A DNA stretch of 63,796 nt, filler included, from Olpidium bornovanus S191 (GCA_017911155.1; 33 parts of 33 records of this genome joined end to end with filler, not necessarily neighbours in it), one strand, 5' to 3'; positions 24,667 through 35,055 are shown, counted from the first letter of the whole stretch. The notes: generated from the letters alone by a model not told the origin. Numbers and translations are program-made.

Positions 24667-26099
24667 ATGTACGATTATATTGTCGTCGGTGGCGGCTCGG
24701 CGGGTTGTACTATCGCGTCACGGCTTAGCGAAGACTTTGACAGCAAGGTTTTGCTTCTCGAGCAGGGCGACCGCGACTGGAGCCCTTATATTCATCTTCC
24801 GGTGACGTATTATAAGACTTCGAAGAGTAACATGCTCACCCGCTACAAGCTCGAACCGCAGCATCATCAGGGCGGGGTTACTCCCGAGTTTGTGCAGGGG
24901 CGGGTTCTGGGTGGCGGAAGCTCTGTCAACGCAATGGTCTACATGCGCGGAATTCCCAGCGACTACAATCAGTGGGAAGCCGACGGCTGCACGGGCTGGG
25001 GCTACGACGACGTGCTTCCGTATTTCAAGAAGGCGGAAAGCAACGAGCGATTTTCCGGAGATGTCCACGGGACCGAAGGTCCGCTCAGTGTATCCGACCA
25101 ACGCCACACGCATTACCTCACGAAGGCATGGGTGCGGGCGGCACAGGAACTAGGCATCAACTTCAATCCCGACTTCAACTCTGGTGACCAGGCCGGTGTC
25201 GGTTTCTACCAGGTCACGATGAAGGACGGACTCCGTTGCAGCGCCGCTGCGGCGTACCTCAAGCCCGCGCGCAAGCGTAAAAACCTCACGGTTCAAACCA
25301 AGACCAAGGCCCTCCGGATCATTATCGAGAACAACCGCGCCGTCGGCGTCGAGTACTTTCATAAAGGTCAGGTGACGCGGGCGATGGCCTCACAGGAGGT
25401 AGTGGTATGCTCCGGTGCCATTGGTTCGCCACATCTGTTGCTTCTTTCGGGCATTGGCCCAGCCGATCATCTCAAGGAGATCGGCGTTGACGTGAAGCAT
25501 GACCTTCCGGGTGTCGGCCAGAACCTTCAGGACCATTTCGACATGTTCCTGATCTACGAGTTGACGGGTGCTCATAGCTACGACAAATACAAAAAACTAC
25601 GCTGGCAGGCCTGGGCGGGGCTGCAATACGCCTTGTTCCGGAACGGTCCCGTCACGTCAAACGTCTGCGAAGGGGGGCTTTGCTGGTACGGAGCGGAAGA
25701 CGACAAGCTGCCGACCCTCCAGTACCACTTCCTGCCGGGAGCGGGCGTCGAAGAAGGGTCCGACTCCACTCCGAGTGGCAACGGATGCACGACGAACGTC
25801 TACCAGTCGCGTCCTCGGTCGCGGGGCTTCGTCAAGCTCCGCAGCGCTGATCCGAACGTCTTTCCGGCTGTCGATCCCCGCTACTGCGCCGAGGAGTATG
25901 ATGTGGAATGCCTCGCGGAAGGTGTTCGCATCGGCCAGGAAATCCTCCAGCAAAGGTCACTTTCTAAGTACGTGTCACACCCGTTCCGCCCTGGAGGCAT
26001 TCTGAAGACGAAGGCCGAGCGTATGGAGTTCGTCCGAGCAACGGGGCAAGGCGCTCTTCACCCATCGGGCGCGTGCAAGATGGGGACTGATGGATATCC
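24667..26099 (+). CDS. GMC (glucose-methanol-choline) family FAD oxidoreductase, bacterial type, 3' truncated
   Basis: MYDYIVVGGGSAG (GxGxxG), GRVLGGGSSVNAMVYMRG, GWGYDDVLPYFKKAE, LLLSGIGP, PGVGQNLQDH, HPSGACKMG. Intronless. Substrate cannot be assigned, so betA is not called. Confidence 0.95.
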
Positions 26100-26289
26100 N
26101 NNNNNNNNNNNNNNNNNNNNNNNNNNNNNNNNNNNNNNNNNNNTTAATTAATTAANNNNNNNNNNNNNNNNNNNNNNNNNNNNNNNNNNNNNNNNNNNNC
26201 CATGGCGTTGGACACCGGTTGAGGAGCAGAGTTTCCTCGCGCTCAAGGACCTCCTCGCTTCTAATCCGGTCGTCACGCACCCCGATCCT

Positions 26290-26661
26290 CGTCGTCCCTT
26301 TGAGTTGGCGGTGGATGCCTGGCCGCGCGCCATTTCCGGAAACCTTTACCAACGTGACTACAGCGGCCACCACCGCGTCTGCTATTACGGCAGCTGGAAA
26401 CTTTCGCGTACGGAGCAGAATTACAGCCAGCCGGAGCGGGAATGCCTTGCCGTCGTTCGCGCCTGCCGGGATGACCGCCCGTATCTTCTCCATAATTCGT
26501 TTATACTATGGACCGACTGCACCGCGATCGTCGACTTAATCAAGAAGCCGGACTTGAGTGGGAAGTTTGCCCGCTGGGTAATGTTCTTAGCTGACTTCCC
26601 CTTCGACTGCCGCCAACGCAGCGCCGCCCGCCATCGCGATGCGGACGCGCTCTCCCGCCTC
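26290..26661 (+). pseudogene. Gypsy-type RNase H domain
   Basis: PFELAVDA, YSQPERECLAVV, FILWTDC, RWVMFLADF, HRDADALSRL (D-E-D-D catalytic set). Confidence 0.92.
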
Positions 26662-26880
26662 CACCCCGTCGACGAGCAGGAGGGGGAGAGGCTGCAGGAC
26701 GTCGGGTTGCTCGACGATGGCGTGGAGGATAACGTTCTGCTAAGTGATGATTTTGGGGGAGTTCTTCGCCCCCCCGAGGGATGTTTTGTTCCGATGATTC
26801 TGCGCACGTCTTCCGTTCCTCGCGACGACGCCATTGACACCGATCGGTTCGCCCTCCGTGCACGCGCACGCACTTCAACT

Positions 26881-27305
26881 TCCGACTGGAAGCTCCCCCC
26901 GGCGTCGTTTCGCGCTATCGACGCACGGTGGTGACCCCACACGATCGATCTGTTCGCCACCACACGAAATCGCCAGCTTTCCCGTTTTGCCTCCGCCGTT
27001 CCCGAGGAGGGAGCGGTCGTTGACGCCTTTTCCATCGACTGGTCCGCCGAAAACGCGTGGGCGAATCCCCCTTTCGAAACAGACACGTTTTCCGCATCCT
27101 TCCAATAGTGCAAACAAACGGTGCGACGTTGAGGCTTCTGATCCCCGCCTGGACGACCGCGCCCTGGTTCCCCGCCGTTCTGCGGCAAGCTATGGACACC
27201 CCGGTTGCCCTCCCTTGCGATTTCGACCTGTTTCTCCCTGGCTACACGGACAACCGGATCGCAGTTGGCAGTCCGAGATGGCCGGTGCTGGCGGTGCGCA
27301 TCTCT
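26881..27305 (+). pseudogene. DIRS/phage-type DNA N6-adenine methyltransferase domain
   Basis: SDWKLPPASFRAIDARW*PHTIDLFATTRNRQLSRFAS...VDAFSIDWSAENAWANPPF, then after a frameshift RHVFRILPIV...LLIPAWTTAPWFP. DLFA at 26947 and NPPF at 27064-27075 are in the RNase H frame. Confidence 0.88.
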
Positions 27306-27548
27306 GCTGCCAGAACGCCGAGCGACCTCGATCCGCCAATTGCGATCAGTCCGCTCCTGAACGCCGCAGACTCCAACCTCGTCTCCATCGGCCAAGCGTT
27401 AGACCAGGAAAAACCGAGTACTCTCCCGCCCCGGCTCCGTCGTCGTCTGTCCCAATTTCTCCTTGTCGGCGGGCTACTGCACAAGCGCACCCCAGACTGG
27501 CCGCCGCGCCGCGTCGTCCTGGGCTGCGACGAGCGCAAGAAAACGGCA

Positions 27549-28215
27549 ATTCTAGAGGAGCTCCACGATCGCCAAGGGCACTATGGGAGCGGGTCGTCCC
27601 TAATTCGCGTCCGCGCGCGCTACTTTTGGCTGGGGATCGAGGAGGACGTGCGCAGCTACGTCCAGAGCTGCGATGTGTGTCAACGGCGTGGAAAGCCGCG
27701 CGACGAGGACCCCCCGTCGGAAGGATCGAGTTCGCTCCCGGGTTTCTTCGAGGTATGGCACTTGGACAGCAGCGGAGCACTTTCCCCCTCCGCGGGCTTT
27801 CACTACTTCCAGATCGCAGTGGAACGCTTCTCCGGCTGGGTTGTCGTCCACCGCACCAGGAGCAAACCAACAGAGGAAACGTCGTATACACTCGCCCAGC
27901 GCGTTGTGCGCGAGCACGGTGTGCCTATTCAGATGGTCACTGACCGCGGAGGGGAATTCGGGCGCACATCGTCGTCTTGCCACTGCCTTCGGGATCAAGT
28001 TCAGTCGGACAGCGGCCTATAATCCGCGGGCCAACGGCGCCGCCGAGCGCTCAGTACAGGAAGTCAGTCGCGTGCTTTCCCGGCTGATGCTGGATCGGGG
28101 AGCCGATTGGGGACAAGTGTTCGACGACGCCATTTAGTGCGTGAACACGAGCAGGCGTCTCTCGCAGTCGGGAGGCAGCGCATTTTTCTGGAAGTACGGG
28201 TTCGAACCACCACTA
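27549..28215 (+). pseudogene. Retroviral-type integrase (HHCC zinc finger and DDE core)
   Basis: ILEELHDRQGHYG...YVQSCDVCQR; WHLD; MVTDRGGEF; TAAYNPRANGAAER; YGFEP. Confidence 0.93.
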
Positions 28216-28455
28216 CCCCTGGACAACGACTCGAAGTTTGCTCCGCACGACCTGGAAGCGCAGGTTGACCATTACGCCGCCCGAATGGACTGCCTCCGGC
28301 AGCTGGAGCAGGCCCGGAAGGCCACCCTCGCCACCATCCTCCACCAGGACCATGANNNNNNNNNNNNNNNNNNNNNNNNNNNNNNNNNNNNNNNNNNNNT
28401 TAATTAATTAANNNNNNNNNNNNNNNNNNNNNNNNNNNNNNNNNNNNNNNNNNNN

Positions 28456-28633
28456 CATCATCGAGGTGTTACCAGTCCGTACCTCTGAGAATGTGGCGGA
28501 CATTTTTACAAAAGGGTTACCTAAACCACGCTTCTTGGAATGCGTAACTTCATTAGGTATCACTCACATCAACGCTCAAACAATGTCTACATTTCGTTAT
28601 CTTCATTCCCTCAATGCACACGTTGAGGAGGAG
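28456..28633 (+). mobile_element. Ty1/Copia 3' end: RNase H C-terminus and polypurine tract
   Basis: VRTSENVADIFTKGLPKPRF; PPT GAGGAGGAG at 28625-28633 directly before TG. Confidence 0.9.
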
Positions 28634-28817
28634 TGTTGAGCGTTGTGTGCACGCGTAATGCGTCGCCAAACATGTATTATATAGCCTTATTTCTTTTCTC
28701 TTGTTTGAATCCCGGGAGGTTAGTTGGAACCCCACAATGTTATACACTGTATTTTACGCGCTTTCTCTCTTCTGAATATACCGTCCAACGCAGCGAAAAA
28801 CCCCACAAAAGCCAACA
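28634..28817 (+). repeat. Copia LTR, 184 bp
   Basis: TGTTG...CAACA inverted termini. Preceded by the PPT and followed by a PBS. TATATA at 28678. Confidence 0.92.
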
Positions 28818-28829
28818 GGTTATGAGCCC
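28818..28829 (+). promoter_or_regulatory. Copia-type primer binding site GGTTATGAGCCC
   Basis: Directly follows the LTR-terminal CA. Matches the GGTTATG(G/A)GCCC PBS of copia elements primed by an internal fragment of initiator tRNA-Met. Confidence 0.8.
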
Positions 28830-28987
28830 AAAGGGACTCTGACGCGTCGCCGCTCACCGGCGCTCCCTCCGTCACCCCCCCCCCTTCCTGCGCTCTCCGC
28901 CACCGCTCACCGGCTCGTTCGCTGCCGCAGCTCACCTGCCGGCCGCTCATCTGAGCCCAAAGAGACTTTGACGGCCGCCGTCCTCTC

Positions 28988-29126
28988 CGCCGCCGCTGCG
29001 CTAACCGCCGCCGCTGCGCTCTTCGCCGGCCGCTCGCCGCCGTCATCCGCCGCTGCGCTCTTCGCCGCCGCCGCCGCTGCACTCTCCGCCACCGCTGCGC
29101 TCACCGCCGCCGCTGCGCTCACCGCC
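28988..29126. repeat. GC-rich degenerate tandem repeat, GCCGCCGCTGCGCTC-based unit of about 18 bp
   Basis: Roughly seven GCCGCCGCTGCGCT-like units between the two LTR copies. Confidence 0.8.
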
Positions 29127-29127
29127 T

Positions 29128-29267
29128 TATAGCCTTATTTCTTTTCTCTCGTTTGAATCCCAGGAGGTTAGTTGGAACCCCACAATGTTATACACTGTTT
29201 TTTACGCGTTTTCTCTCTCTTCTGAATATACCGTCCAACGCTGCAAAGAACCCCACAAAAGCCAACA
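29128..29267 (+). repeat. Second, 5'-truncated copy of the same LTR
   Basis: Aligns by eye to 28680-28817 with about 7 substitutions and one 2-bp indel. Ends at the same CCAACA. Confidence 0.92.
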
Positions 29268-29960
29268 GAGGTCCCCGCCCTCGAACATTTTGAATTTTTG
29301 AGCGAGTAATTCCTCAAATTTCTTGATGACTTTAGTGTCAGGCCCTGTCAGAAGGATATCGTCCACGTAAACTGCCATGATCAGGGTGATTGCTTGGTCG
29401 GTCCGTAGGACGTAGATGCAAGGCTCCGTTGGGAGCTGCGTAAAGCCAAGGTGGAGGAGTTCTTTGTGTAGTTCATGGTTCCAGCCCCTGCCGTTCTGTT
29501 TTAACCCGTACAAAGCACGGTGCAGTCGGCAGACGGCGTCCCCATGCTTGAATTCTTCGGGCTGTTCCAGGTAGATTTCCTCCTGAAGTTTCCCGTTTAG
29601 GTAAGCGAGCACCACGTCTCGTTGCCTAATTGTCCATCCCTTTGCGGTGGCCATGGCGATAATCATCCTCAATGCCGCCACAGACACGACGGGAGAGAAA
29701 GTCTCGTGGTAGTCTACTCCTCTTGTTTGTCCAAACCCCTGGGCGACGAAACGCGCCCGGTATTTTTTGATGGAACCATCCGGGTTTAGTTTCTCTTAAA
29801 CACCCATTTACTTTTGATCACGGGATGGTTCTGCGGCCTCTTTTGGAGTGACCATGCGGGGAAGCTCTCCAAAGTCTTTATTTCGGTGGTCATGGCCTCT
29901 ATCGAACGTTCAGCCTCTGGGCCGTTAATTGCTTGTTGGTACGTCCGTGGTTCCTCTTGG
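29268..29960 (-). mobile_element. Degenerate Ty1/Copia reverse transcriptase, cut by the LTR end
   Basis: EEPRTYQQAI, KWVFK, frameshift near 29795, KYRARFVAQGF, ETFSPVV, LAYLNG, LYGLKQ, EPCIY, AVYVDDILL. Confidence 0.93.
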
Positions 29961-30259
29961 AGACATGCTGCGGCCGCGGCTACTTCCTCGTCCGCGCAAT
30001 TCCTTGGTGGTTCGATTCCTCGCTCGTGACAGAAGGTAGTAAGGAGATCCTTGCATTCTATGGTGTCGGCCGTTTCCCATGCTGGCTGCTTTCCCCGCCG
30101 TTTGACCTTGAGGAGGAGTTGTCCGCCAGCGCGGTACTGATATGACAGGATACCTTCGANNNNNNNNNNNNNNNNNNNNNNNNNNNNNNNNNNNNNNNNN
30201 NNNTTAATTAATTAANNNNNNNNNNNNNNNNNNNNNNNNNNNNNNNNNNNNNNNNNNNN

Positions 30260-32268
30260 ACATGATCCAGCACCGCCGGGTTAGGCCTGCAGATCCGTTC
30301 GTCGTACACGTACTGTCCCGTGAACGTTGCGGACGGGTGTAGTGCCAGAGTGATGGGCGTGACGGCGCCGTGCACCGGAGACCGGAACAGTGTGTCGGGC
30401 GCAAAAAATAGGTCCACCGCTTTTACCAGCAGCGAGCTTACGCGGTTGTTGGAGTAGAGATTTGTCGACACAGCACCCGGGTGGCAGGCATTGACTAGCG
30501 TGAAAACAAGCTGGTATGAGGTCTGGCAAGAAAGGAGGCCAGTTACATGCTGACCGACGGCATCTTACCGATCACGTTCTGGGCCTTCGCGGCCAGCGAG
30601 GTGGTAAACATAACCTAGTTATAACGGCCGTGGCGTGAGCATCATCACCAACAACGTTCCTACGCATCAAAGATTACGCAAGTTTCTGGCCGACTCACGT
30701 TAGCAAGCTTGGACATAGCGTAATTGCCGAGCCGGCTGTACTTCTCCTTATTGACGACCGCGTCGTATTTAATGTCTGACGCTGCGGGAAAAAGCATGGC
30801 GAGTCAATGCCGACATTCGCCGATGCCTTTGCGAGAACCTGCAGTTCTGTCCGCACACCAACCGCAGAAATGAGCTCCGCTCGATATATTCACAACCCGG
30901 CCGCCGGCGTGGGCAATGTTGTTGATTAAAAGGCCGGTAAGCAGGAAATGGCCCAAATGATTCTGATGACGGTAATGCGTGAGAACTAAATCATCGCAAG
31001 GGAGGAGGAAGATTCGAGCACACCCACCACTGCCATCTGCGATTCCAGGCCGCTCGCAGTAGTCTTGTAAGGGACGTCCATAACGCCGGCATTATCTGGG
31101 ATGACGCGATTCAAACGTTTGTTGCCAGAGCGGAAGGGGGGGAAGGGGAGACAAGTTTATTACACCTGGATGAACTCACTAACGAGAACGTTGCAAAGCA
31201 AAGAACGGTCCATGATGTCTGCCGCAAAATCTCGAACGCTCTGTAAGTCCGAGAGGTCCAGCTCCATGAATTCTATCCGACGAGAACCAGTCTCTATCTC
31301 AAGCCGCCGCATAGCGTCGAGCGCTTTGACTTCCGAACGACACGCTAAGATAACATAGTAGGACGCCCTAAGAGCTGCTTTCGCGATCTCGTAACCGATC
31401 CCCGAGTTAGCCCCTGCGCGCAACGACCGTGGCGCACAGAATGTCAGCGAATCTCACACCCTCCCCCTTCCTCCCAAAATGTCTTGCACGCCCAAATCAG
31501 GTGGCGACAAAGCACATATATGCGAAGCGTACCTGTGATGATTATGACGTTGGTCTTCGGATAGCTTCTCAGCCTTTCCCTCTCCTGATGTTCGAGCGAA
31601 AGCCGAATAACCGTATCGATCTTGGCCTGCGGTCCTTCCGCAAACGGGTTGACCTTGAAATGACGAAGCGCAGTTTTGTGGATGTTGCAGAGAATCTCAC
31701 AGGCACCAACACTCAGCAGACAGACAAGCTCAGGCAGGCAGTTTAAACCGTGCTCGCAAACGGCAAGCTGAACGGCGGCAGCGACCTGCGCGGGTTCAGG
31801 GCAAATGTCGCACCCGGCAGCCTTCGCGCGCTGTACGGCATGAGCCCAGAGCTTGCTTCGCCCGGCCGCGTGCTCGCCGCGCGGGCGCAAAATTGAACGA
31901 ATCCCGCTGAAGGCGGCATCTCCAAAAAGGACGATCAGGGCGGTTACGGCGCCGCAGGGCGGACACGTTGACACGCTGCGCGGTTTGACTTCGGCCGCGC
32001 CGACGCCGCTGGTCGTCGCGGTCGCGGCCGCTCCAGTTCTTTCCTCGTCCGCGACGAGGTGCAGACCGTACGGAGGCGGCGCGTCGTCGTTTGGCGGCGT
32101 CAGCAGCCCCTGGGAACCGACAATGCCACGCCCGTCACGCGGACGTCGCTCCTGCTTTTCCGCTCGCACCTGCCGCTTGAGGACACCCTTAAACCCGGAA
32201 CTCCCGGCCGAATCGCCACGCTCCGGGAGCACTCCTCTGGGCTCCGCGGCGGCCGCCGTCGCCATCAT
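30260..32268 (-). CDS. Short-chain dehydrogenase/reductase, retinol dehydrogenase/WWOX-like, multi-exon; N-terminus uncertain
   Basis: VIIITG|ANSGIGYEIAK, ILACRS, IEFMELDLSDLQSVRDFA, NNAGVM, NHLGHFLLT, RVVNISS, catalytic YAMSKLAN. Confidence 0.9.
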
Positions 32269-33182
32269 TGTTGGTCGCCAACGTGTGGGCGCTCGCTCTG
32301 CCGACGTCCACGGGAGGGGGGACGCGGGGATCGGGGACGATCGGTGACCGCTCCGGAAACCAGAGAAGCACACGGGCCTCGCGGAGAAGGGCTGGGCGCT
32401 GCGACCCCGGGGGCCCGTTCGGTGTGTGGCGGCCGCCGTTAACGCAAACGGAACCTTGTATTCCGCTTCCACCCGGCGCCTGGACTCCGGGCAAACAAGC
32501 CCACCCAAGGTCAAGCCCCTGGCAGGTCACTCCCGAGGCAAATCCTCGTTTGGGCAGATTGCGAGAGAACCTCGAGCTGCGACGCCTTTGCCTTACAAAT
32601 GCAATGTTTCATTTTTCTGAGCCTCTTCCGGCTCGAGTGCTCTTTCGTGCTTGTGCAATGAGCCTTTCGAGGGTGAGCAAAATATGATATCAGAAAGCAT
32701 GNNNNNNNNNNNNNNNNNNNNNNNNNNNNNNNNNNNNNNNNNNNNTTAATTAATTAANNNNNNNNNNNNNNNNNNNNNNNNNNNNNNNNNNNNNNNNNNN
32801 NCATGAACCCGCTGCGCTAATCTGACAACCGAGATGCCCCAGCTCGCCTCGCCCAAACGGCGCCGCCGAGCTCGAGCGAAGGAACCAACCACGCGCTCAG
32901 AACGGGCTGGCCGGGGTTGACGCGCTTTTTCGTCGCGCTCGCCGAGCTCGAGAGGGAGTCCTCGGCCGAAGCGCCCATCTTCGTTGGGGCGTGATCTCGA
33001 CCAGACGCGCCACCTCGGGCGCGCGCCGCAAGGGAGAGGAGGACGGCGCGCCGTGGCCAGACCTGTGAGGGAGAGCTCCCGACAGGCAGAGGGCTGGGGG
33101 TAAGAGGGGTTTACAGCGGGGAAGATACAAAAAAAAGCCCTCGGCGGAGACGGAACGAAACCGAGTTGAGGACGAAGTCAGG

Positions 33183-33290
33183 GAGCGGCGATCTCGGCCG
33201 GGGCGTGATCTCGGCCAGAGCGCAATTTCGGCCGGAGCGCTTTTTTGACCGGGTACGGCGTTGTTGACCGGAGCGCGACGGTCGAACGCG
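33183..33290. repeat. Degenerate cluster of the 17-bp repeat family
   Basis: GGGGCGTGATCTCGGCC, AGAGCGCAATTTCGGCC, GGAGCGCTTTTTTGACC and neighbours. Confidence 0.7.
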
Positions 33291-33430
33291 TAAAGGAGTT
33301 CAAAAAGGCGGAGCGCTTTTGAGGGAGAGGGGGCGAGTAGAGGGGGGCCTACGGCGCGGGAGAGAACAAAAAACCGCGCAAAAAAAAACGCCGGAAGTGA
33401 AGGGAGGGGACGGAAGGCCGCTTAAACGAA

Positions 33431-33600
33431 CGAGCAGAGGCGGGGTCGGGGCCGTCGCCGCGCTCGGAGCGAGCAGAGGCGGGGGCGAGGCCGGCGCCGC
33501 GCTCGGAGCGAGCAGAGGCGGGGGCGGGGCCGGCGCCGCGCTCGGAGCGAGCAGAGGCGGAGGGCGGGGCCGGCGCCGCGCTCGGAGCGAGCAGAGGCGA
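33431..33600. repeat. 39-bp minisatellite, about 4.3 copies
   Basis: CGAGCAGAGGCGGGG(T/G)CG(G/A)GGCCG(T/G)CGCCGCGCTCGGAG units start at 33431, 33470, 33509, 33548 and 33588. Confidence 0.92.
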
Positions 33601-33628
33601 GGACGGAGCCTGGAAGCGCCCACGGAAC

Positions 33629-33866
33629 GAGCGTGATTCTTGACCGGAACGCGATCGTGGCTGGGGCGTGAACTTAACCGGGGCGTGGCCTTGACCGGGC
33701 CGTGACCTTGACCGGGGCGTGACCTTGACCGGGGCGTGATTCTGACCATAGAGTGATCCTGACCGAAGCGTGATCTTTACCGTGGCGTGATCTTGACCGC
33801 GGGGGGATCTTGACCGGGACGTAATTCTGACCGGGGCGTGATCTTGACCGGGGCGTGCTCTTGATC
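33629..33866. repeat. 17-bp tandem array, 14 copies, consensus GGGGCGTGATCTTGACC
   Basis: 238 bp = 14 x 17 with no indels. Units start at 33629, 33646, 33663, 33680 and so on to 33850. Confidence 0.93.
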
Positions 33867-34397
33867 TGGTCATGGCGTGTCAGAAACGAGCAGCAGGCAC
33901 AAGGCGCAAATGAAAAGAAACCAACCGCCTTAAGATCTTTAGACTTATACTCGTCTGGCCTGAAAGTCGCCAACAACTCTTAATGTTTTCCNNNNNNNNN
34001 NNNNNNNNNNNNNNNNNNNNNNNNNNNNNNNNNNNTTAATTAATTAANNNNNNNNNNNNNNNNNNNNNNNNNNNNNNNNNNNNNNNNNNNNGGGGGGAAC
34101 GGGAGTCTGGCGTGGAAAACGGGCGCGCCACACCAAGCGCATGATTTCGTTTCTTTTAATAAAAAACATCTCAAGATTCGAATGAATTGCAGAAAGGACA
34201 AGGCGAATTGGGACCGCAACACCTTTTCTCTTTTTTATTCTCATTTACGTGTTGGGCAGCTCTCTCTCCCTCTCTCTCTTCCGACGGGCGTCTCGTCGCC
34301 CGCTCGATCAACTGCGCCCCCGCGTTGTGAGAAAAAGAGAAGGCCGGTCACTCTCCCTTCCCCCCCCCCCCCCACACGCTCCTTTTTTCCCCCTTTT

Positions 34398-34448
<51 letters not shown>

Positions 34449-34552
34449 CTCTATTTCTCTCCACTTCTCCCTCTCTCGCTTCCTCTCTCCCTTTCTCGTC
34501 CCTCGCGTCTAACCCAAACCAGCGTGTTGTCCCCGCGAGGACACTCTCGCGC

Positions 34553-35055
34553 ATGTCGCTCATGCCCCCGCCGCCCGCGGTCGACGCCTCTGTCTTCCTG
34601 CCGAAAGCGAAGGCCGACGCCCTGGCCGACCTGGAGGACGCCTTCACCGTCACCACCGAGAAGCTCCTTCAGACGATCGCGTTGATGAAGCAGGACATGC
34701 GCGAGTCTCTCGAGCACGACGGGAAGACCATGTGAGCGCACGTGCCGCCCGCAGACCCTCGCGCCGGTTCAGCCCAGCTCCCCTCACGCCGGAAACGAAA
34801 ACCCGCGCCCTTTTAAGCGTGCCCCGGCGGCCAACACGCCGGCGCGCCCCGTTGCCGTTCCCGTTCCCGAGGGGAAAAGGGGGGGGGGGGGGGGGGGGGG
34901 GGGGGTCTACTGGGGCAAACCAACCTATGTTCCCCCACAACCCCAACCTCCCAGCCGCCGTTTGCTAACCCACCCGAGCCTGCCGCGTCCCAACCCCTGC
35001 CGAAGCCCCATGATACCCAGTTACGTCACCAGCCTTCCGACCGGCGACGAAAAGG
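34553..35055 (+). CDS. Hexokinase/glucokinase N-terminal exons
   Basis: LEDAFTVTTEKLLQTIALMKQDMRESLEH, intron 34732-35005, then IPMIPSYVTSLPTGDEKG. Confidence 0.8.

Larger units (their letters stand above)
26200..28355 (+). mobile_element. Degenerate Ty3/Gypsy-type LTR retrotransposon pol fragment: RNase H - Dam-like methyltransferase - integrase
   Basis: RT connection WTPVEEQSFLALKDLL, then RNase H, MTase, HHCC finger and DDE core in that order. Disrupted by TGA 26932, a frameshift near 27076, a frameshift near 27961 and TAG 28135. Confidence 0.93.

Noticed and set aside
24667-26099. Calling the GMC gene betA (choline dehydrogenase)
   Set aside because: The family motifs are clear but substrate-specific features are not, and the context is an ABC transporter rather than bet genes.
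26932-26934. In-frame TGA in the MTase (and in Gag near 57220) as stop-codon recoding
   Set aside because: Host-type genes here end normally at TGA (11445, 37241), and the same elements also have frameshifts and a TAG, so decay is the simpler explanation.
33629-33866. 17-bp and 39-bp arrays as CRISPR or telomere repeats
   Set aside because: The units are contiguous with no unique spacers and no cas genes. They are too degenerate for telomerase products and lie inside the contig.
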